Shown piece after piece: positions 58,975 to 64,000 of a stretch of DNA of 64,000 nucleotides; position 1 is the first letter of the stretch, and the number at the start of each line of letters is the position of its first letter. The stretch comes from an uncultured Clostridia bacterium (GTDB lineage Bacteria; Bacillota; Clostridia; Christensenellales; UBA1242): contig CAKVMD010000001.1 in the NCBI GenBank assembly GCA_934771475.1, positions 21,232-85,231 on the forward strand. Reading direction: 5' to 3'. The notes below the pieces were generated by a model. It was not told where the DNA came from, searched no databases, and worked only from the letters and a program-made list of their open reading frames with translations. The position numbers were made by a program, and so were the translations under genes.

Positions 58975-60183
58975 TTACATTTCCAACTGTGAAAGCATCC
59001 AGTCGGTATAAACCCCATAACCTTTGGTTGGATCATTTAGAAATACGTGTGTAACTGCCCCAACAATCTTTCCATTTTGCATAATAGGAGAACCACTCAT
59101 TCCTTGAACAATTCCACCCGTCAGATTTAAAAGTTTATTGTCAATAACTCTAAAAACTATGCTCTTCTCATCTATTGAATTCTGATAATTTGCTTTTATA
59201 ATTTCAATTTCGTACTCTTCTCTAATTCCACTTACACACGAAACTATCTTTGCTTTCCCCGGTTTTATACTCAATCTTCCGCCCAACTTTGCAGAGAGAT
59301 TATGGTCTATTAATCCCGAAGTATTTTCTAGTTTCCCATATATTCCCTGTTTTGTGTTCTTATAAATTTCTCCCCTTGCATTCTTTGGAACAAAAACACA
59401 TCGCAATTCGCCGGGGTCATTTCTTTGCCCTTTTTTTATTCCAACCATGTTGCATTCATAAACCTTTCCATCCTTAACCGGAATTACATTTTCGCTTGAC
59501 CCATGAGTAATTGCGTGTCCTAAGGCTCCAAATAATCCGTTTTGTTTAACAAAAGTTAGCGTACCAACGCCTGACATACCATCTTTGCCCCAAATTCCTA
59601 GACGATATTCGCCTTCCTTGTCTTTTAGAAGTGGCACAACTTGCTCTAATTTGTGGTTGTTTCTGACAATTTCAACTTTCACTTGACTATCAGATTGTTT
59701 TTTTAAAGCCGACTGAATGTCGTCTAAACTAGAAATATCTGTCTGACCAATTTTCGAAATTATATCTCCATTTTTAAAATAATTATTTTTCACCATTTCG
59801 CCTTTGCTTTCGTCAATCGTACAATTACTTACGACCACTGTTCCATCACAACTAACAGCCAAACCAACAACCTCACCCCCGACAAAGACCTCTTCTTCGG
59901 GCAGTATTTTGGCCTTTATTTTTTTCACGGGTATGAAACCAAATAGTTTTACAACAACAAAATTTTCATCACTGCCATTATTATCTATTGAAGTCTGTTT
60001 ATCGTTAATTGACAATTTCACAAACTTACCAAATTGCTGTTCGCTGTTGGCAGTTTGTATTTCATCATAATTGACATAAAATTCATTAGGAAGAGCCAAG
60101 CAATCTTTCAAAGATATCTTTATAAACTCAACGCCTGTACAAAGCAAAAGAAGTAACATAATAAGAACAAATCTCTTTTTCAT
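58975..60183 (-). CDS. spoIVB: SpoIVB peptidase (S55 family)
   Basis: Signal anchor, PDZ region (GDIISKIGQTDISSLDDI), catalytic blocks GTLTFV...GALGHAI and GMSGSPIMQNGKIVGAVTHVF. Confidence 0.9.
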   Translation of the reverse strand: MKKRFVLIMLLLLLCTGVEFIKISLKDCLALPNEFYVNYDEIQTANSEQQFGKFVKLSINDKQTSIDNNGSDENFVVVKLFGFIPVKKIKAKILPEEEVFVGGEVVGLAVSCDGTVVVSNCTIDESKGEMVKNNYFKNGDIISKIGQTDISSLDDIQSALKKQSDSQVKVEIVRNNHKLEQVVPLLKDKEGEYRLGIWGKDGMSGVGTLTFVKQNGLFGALGHAITHGSSENVIPVKDGKVYECNMVGIKKGQRNDPGELRCVFVPKNARGEIYKNTKQGIYGKLENTSGLIDHNLSAKLGGRLSIKPGKAKIVSCVSGIREEYEIEIIKANYQNSIDEKSIVFRVIDNKLLNLTGGIVQGMSGSPIMQNGKIVGAVTHVFLNDPTKGYGVYTDWMLSQLEM

Positions 60184-60193
60184 TTTTCCTCCG

Positions 60194-60222
60194 CAAAAAA
60201 AGACTAACCAATGTTAGTCTCT
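60194..60222 (-). terminator. rho-independent terminator after recN, 10 nt upstream of the spoIVB RBS
   Basis: On the minus strand: AGACTAAC-ATTG-GTTAGTCT followed by T7, then GCGGAGGAAAAATG. Confidence 0.7.
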
Positions 60223-60278
60223 TCATTTTTCGTATTTAAATACTATATATTTTTTTAGTATAAATTTAATTGGTTACT

Positions 60279-61946
60279 TTACTTCCCCGCCTTCAAGCGA
60301 AGTTCTTTTGCTTGGTTTAATGCAGTCTCGCTAACAGATTGCCCAACAACCATTTTAGCGATATTTAAAGGAATTTCGTCCCCCACCAATTTGACAACAC
60401 GCGTTTGAGTAGAATTTTCATCTTCAAACTTGCTAACAAAGAAAAAATCATCACCGTAGCAAGCGACTTGTGGCAAGTGTGTTATACATAAAACTTGCGC
60501 AAACTTTGTTAAATTGCTTAATTTTTTCCCTACAATATTGCCAGTTTCGCCAGAAATACCCGAATCTATTTCATCAAATACGAGTGTTTGCGCACTTCCT
60601 ATTTCAGCAAATATGTTTTTAACAGCAAGCATAAATCTGCTAAGTTCTCCGCCTGATGCAGTTTTAGAAAGAGATTTAACCTCTTGTCCTTTGTTTGCGG
60701 AGAACACAAATTCAACTTTATCTGTGCCATTTTGAGTAGGCTCTTCGAGTTTTTCAAAATTAACAGCAAATTGACTTGATTTCATTCCTAGTTCTTTAAG
60801 TTCACAAACAATTTTCTCCTCAATGTCTTTTGCGACCTTTTTACGAAGAAGAGAAAGCGTTTCACAAGATTGCATAAGTTCCAAGTGAGTTTTTTCGTAT
60901 TCTTTCTGATATTTAGAAAGTAAAAACTCGCTATCTTCTAGGTCATTTAACTTTTGTTTTATTTGAGAGAGGTATTCAAGAACTTTCTCAATACTTCCAC
61001 CATACTTTTTTGTTAAAGACTTAATCGTATCATTTCTTCTATCAAGTTTGTCAAACTCTTTCTCGTCATATTCGGTTGAAGCTTTAATGTCCAATAATGT
61101 TTCGTAAACATCTTCAATTTCATATTTGGCGCTTTCAAGTCGTTGTCTGCATTGAGCAATATTATCAAAATTTGTAATAACAGTTAAAGAATTGGCAGCA
61201 TTTTCAAGCGACGACAAACAACTTCCAACATTTCCGCTTAAATACTCCTCGCAAGCACTGACAGATTCATAAATCTTTTCACTTGAATTTAAAAATTTTA
61301 AACGGTTTGAAACCTCATCTTCTTCTCCAATTTTAAGATTTGCTTCTTCAATTTCATTTACCTGATATTCATAAAGAGATTTCGTGCGTTCTCTTTCAAA
61401 CTCATCTCCGCCCAAAGAAGCTATTTTTCCCTTTATATCATTGCATTGAGATAAAAGTGTTTTAACAATTTCTTTTTGTTCTTTTATTTGTGCGCCACCG
61501 AACCTATCAAGCATGGGAAGGTGCATTTTAGGGTTTAAAAGTTCTACGCTTTCATGTTGTGAATAACTATCAAGAAGGCACTTGCCTACCTCTTTCAAAA
61601 CCCCAGCAGTTGTAGGAAGCCCATTTACGCGGACAGAAGATTTTCCATCAGTTGTTAATGTCCTACTTAAAGCAACTTCATTTTCCTCAACCCCAAACTC
61701 TTGAAGTCTTGAAAGGCAATAATCACTCAGCCCTGTAAAAACAGCATCTACGCGCATTTGCTCTTCCCCACTTCTTATAAGGGTTTTGTCGGCTTTGGCG
61801 CCTAAAACAAAATTGAGTGCATCAAATATAATACTTTTACCGGCACCGGTTTCTCCTAAGAGAATATTCAATCCCTGTCCAAATTCTATATTTAAATCTT
61901 TTATAAGTGCAACATTTTTAATAGAAATAGATTCTAACATATTCAC
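60279..61946 (-). CDS. recN: DNA repair protein RecN
   Basis: Walker A GETGAGKS, long coiled coil and the C-terminal LVFDEIDSGISG. Confidence 0.95.
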   Translation of the reverse strand: MNMLESISIKNVALIKDLNIEFGQGLNILLGETGAGKSIIFDALNFVLGAKADKTLIRSGEEQMRVDAVFTGLSDYCLSRLQEFGVEENEVALSRTLTTDGKSSVRVNGLPTTAGVLKEVGKCLLDSYSQHESVELLNPKMHLPMLDRFGGAQIKEQKEIVKTLLSQCNDIKGKIASLGGDEFERERTKSLYEYQVNEIEEANLKIGEEDEVSNRLKFLNSSEKIYESVSACEEYLSGNVGSCLSSLENAANSLTVITNFDNIAQCRQRLESAKYEIEDVYETLLDIKASTEYDEKEFDKLDRRNDTIKSLTKKYGGSIEKVLEYLSQIKQKLNDLEDSEFLLSKYQKEYEKTHLELMQSCETLSLLRKKVAKDIEEKIVCELKELGMKSSQFAVNFEKLEEPTQNGTDKVEFVFSANKGQEVKSLSKTASGGELSRFMLAVKNIFAEIGSAQTLVFDEIDSGISGETGNIVGKKLSNLTKFAQVLCITHLPQVACYGDDFFFVSKFEDENSTQTRVVKLVGDEIPLNIAKMVVGQSVSETALNQAKELRLKAGK

Positions 61947-61949
61947 CTC

Positions 61950-62402
61950 CTACAAAAGCATATCGTTAAGTGTAACGACAGCCTCACTTGCAGCGGTTGT
62001 GCTTGGGAAAATAAGCATAACAGTGTCATCACCATTTACTACGCCCATAAGAGAAGATATGTTAAGTTTGTCAACGAAACTCGCAATTCCTCCGCCAAGT
62101 CCTTTCATGGTTTTTATAACAATCAGGTTCAGCGCGGGTTTAACGGAAATAACTGCTTCTTTAAAAATAGATATGTACTTATTTGAAACAACATTTTCCT
62201 CACCGCCCACGAAACAATATTTATACTTGCCAGATGATGAGAGAATTTTTGTTAAACCCAGTTCTTTAATATCTCTTGAAATTGTCGCTTGGGTTATATC
62301 AAAATCAGCATTACGAAGCTCTCTTGCAAGTTCGTCTTGCGTTTCGATTTCTTTGGTTGAAATAAGTTCTAGAATTTTAGACTGTCTTGCACTTCTTGCC
62401 AT
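61950..62402 (-). CDS. argR: arginine repressor
   Basis: RQSKILELISTKEIETQDELARELR winged helix and the C-terminal GDDTVMLI core. Confidence 0.9.
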   Translation of the reverse strand: MARSARQSKILELISTKEIETQDELARELRNADFDITQATISRDIKELGLTKILSSSGKYKYCFVGGEENVVSNKYISIFKEAVISVKPALNLIVIKTMKGLGGGIASFVDKLNISSLMGVVNGDDTVMLIFPSTTAASEAVVTLNDMLL

Positions 62403-62419
62403 CGTTTTCTCCTTAAACG

Positions 62420-62450
62420 CTACATACGCCTATTTTCGGGGCTTATAGCG
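62420..62450 (+). repeat. site B of a ~31-bp dif/att-like repeat family (within the argR 5' UTR)
   Basis: CTACATACGCCTATTTTCGGGGCTTATAGCG. The 20-mer at 62429-62448 differs from 58880-58899 at one position. Confidence 0.55.
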
Positions 62451-62495
62451 ATTATGCATATTTATAAATTTATACATATACACTCATTTTTGATT

Positions 62496-62524
62496 ATTAT
62501 ACAACATTATTTATAATTATGCAA
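62496..62524 (-). promoter_or_regulatory. sigma-A-type promoter for argR-recN
   Basis: On the minus strand: TTGCAT-17 nt-TATAAT with TG extension (TGTATAAT). Confidence 0.6.
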
Positions 62525-62798
62525 GCGATTTTTGTATATTTATTCACGCGTTTTTGATATATATTTCATCTTTTGTATTTTTATAAAAATCAAATTTATG
62601 ATTAAACACTTTTATGCATATTTCGCTTACCACTCACCCACCCTACGCACGGGTAAAATGTAATGCGACAACCAAAAGACAATAAATCAGCAATGGGCCT
62701 GTTTGCATTTCGCGCAAAAAAAGCATTAATCATTTCATTCATTTGCCCCTCTGCTCTCTTAATAGAAAGCCATCACCTCGTTTCTATTTTCATGAACA

Positions 62799-62829
62799 CA
62801 AAAAACGCTAGGCGATTCCACCTAGCGGT
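62799..62829 (-). terminator. rho-independent terminator after thiI
   Basis: On the minus strand: CGCTAGG-TGGAATCG-CCTAGCG followed by T6. Confidence 0.8.
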
Positions 62830-62854
62830 CTATACAAAATGATTAACATATTTT

Positions 62855-64000
62855 TTATTCTATGACAATAATTTCCTCACCAGCCAAGCACTCTTCCACA
62901 AGCTCATCAACATTAATTCTCCCCTCTTCTTTTAAGCAGGCTTTTAAAGTCGGCTTGATTATAGGATTTTTTGGCAAGAATACTGTACAGCAATCTTCAT
63001 AAGGTAATATGGATGTTTCATAAGTATTTATGTTTCGAGCCACTTCCATAATTTGCTCTTTATCCATTGCAATGCAAGGTCTAAAAATAGGAACCTCTTT
63101 AAGCACTCCACCAGTTACAGTCATGCTTTGCATTGTTTGGCTGGCAACCTGCCCTAGACTTTCACCAGTAACCACGCACCCAAGTTCATACTTTTGACAA
63201 ACCCTCTCTGCCACCCTCATCATAATTCTTCTCATTATAGTTATCATGTATTCTGGATTGCAATGCGTATGTATTTCTTCTTGAACTTTTGTGAATGATA
63301 CGCAATGCAACGAGAATTTTCCAACATAAGGCACCAGTTCTTTCGCTAAGGTTATAACCTTTTCTTTTGCAAGAGTCGAAGTGTAAGGATAACTGTGAAA
63401 ATGCAATGCATCAATTTTAAGTCCTCGCTTCCCGATCAAATACCCAGCAACAGGACTATCAATTCCTCCTGACAAAAGTAAAAGCCCCTTTCCAGCGGTT
63501 CCAAGAGGCAATCCTCCTTGGCACTTAATATTATCAGCAAAAATATACGCCTTTTTGTTTAGCCTTATGTCTACATGAACTTCTCGTTGTGGGTTATATA
63601 ATTCCACATTTGCGTCTGGACAATTTTCGAGCAGAATTCCTCCCAGCATTGAAGCGAACTCCATAGAAGAATAAGGAAAGGTTTTATCTGCTCGTTTAAC
63701 GAAAACTTTAAAAGACTGACCACCCACATTAATTTTGTTTACAGCATTTTCGATGGCGCTAGGTTCTGCCTCCACCTCTTCCGCGCACGAAAGACTGTGA
63801 AGTCCAAAAACTTTTGTTAATTTGTCAACTATAACCTCTTCCCTCTCAAAAGGATAACCACTAACTACATATCTACCAAAAGTTTTTTCAAATTTAAACT
63901 CCTCGCCCGAAAGTGCATACTTGATATTTCGTATCAGCGTACTTTCAAAAATGTTTCTATTGGCGCCTTTTAGGTACAACTCGCCAAATCGCAACAGTAT
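62855..64000 (-). CDS. thiI: tRNA 4-thiouridine synthase ThiI (N-terminus outside window)
   Basis: GELYLKGANR start region, THUMP-like N-domain and PP-loop SGGIDSPVAGY. The frame stays open to the window edge. Confidence 0.85.
   Translation of the reverse strand: MLLRFGELYLKGANRNIFESTLIRNIKYALSGEEFKFEKTFGRYVVSGYPFEREEVIVDKLTKVFGLHSLSCAEEVEAEPSAIENAVNKINVGGQSFKVFVKRADKTFPYSSMEFASMLGGILLENCPDANVELYNPQREVHVDIRLNKKAYIFADNIKCQGGLPLGTAGKGLLLLSGGIDSPVAGYLIGKRGLKIDALHFHSYPYTSTLAKEKVITLAKELVPYVGKFSLHCVSFTKVQEEIHTHCNPEYMITIMRRIMMRVAERVCQKYELGCVVTGESLGQVASQTMQSMTVTGGVLKEVPIFRPCIAMDKEQIMEVARNINTYETSILPYEDCCTVFLPKNPIIKPTLKACLKEEGRINVDELVEECLAGEEIIVIE

Noticed and set aside
61786-62448. 220-aa plus-strand ORF spanning the recN/argR junction.
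   Set aside because: It is antisense to two strongly supported genes, crosses their intergenic gap, and has no RBS or domain.

Overview
Low-GC (about 35%) chromosomal segment from a spore-forming Firmicute, probably Clostridia-like, and almost entirely housekeeping. Genes at 1-51.9 kb run on the + strand: polA, ruvX, a T-box-controlled thrS, yajC-secDF, rpsB-tsf, frr-uppS-cdsA-rseP, rimP-nusA-ylxR-ylxQ-infB-rbfA-nrnA-truB, efp, the full spoIIIAA-AH operon, asp23-nusB-xseA-proS-xseB, infC-rpmI-rplT with an L20-type leader, yebC, ruvCAB, queA, tgt and rny. At about 52 kb orientation flips. The 52-64 kb part is mostly on the - strand (thiI, argR-recN-spoIVB, serS) and holds the least conventional content. 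That content is a membrane-anchored PadR-like protein with a ~400-aa acidic linker, an 836-bp gene-poor tract, a serS-coupled unknown protein, a lone XerS/XerD-like tyrosine recombinase, and three related ~31-bp dif/att-like sites. The most notable departures from conserved Firmicute synteny follow. A GT4 glycosyltransferase plus PlsC-like acyltransferase sits where pyrH is expected. dxr, ispG, ispA and dxs are missing from their usual slots. A PolC-derived N-terminal/OB/exonuclease protein without a polymerase core occupies the polC slot. proS is nested between xseA and xseB. spoIVB has no spo0A after it. An orphan Cys-rich repeat peptide and a frameshifted HAD hydrolase are also present. No rRNA, tRNA, CRISPR array or prophage was recognised. 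All calls rest on reading the sequence and ORF translations; no database search was run.
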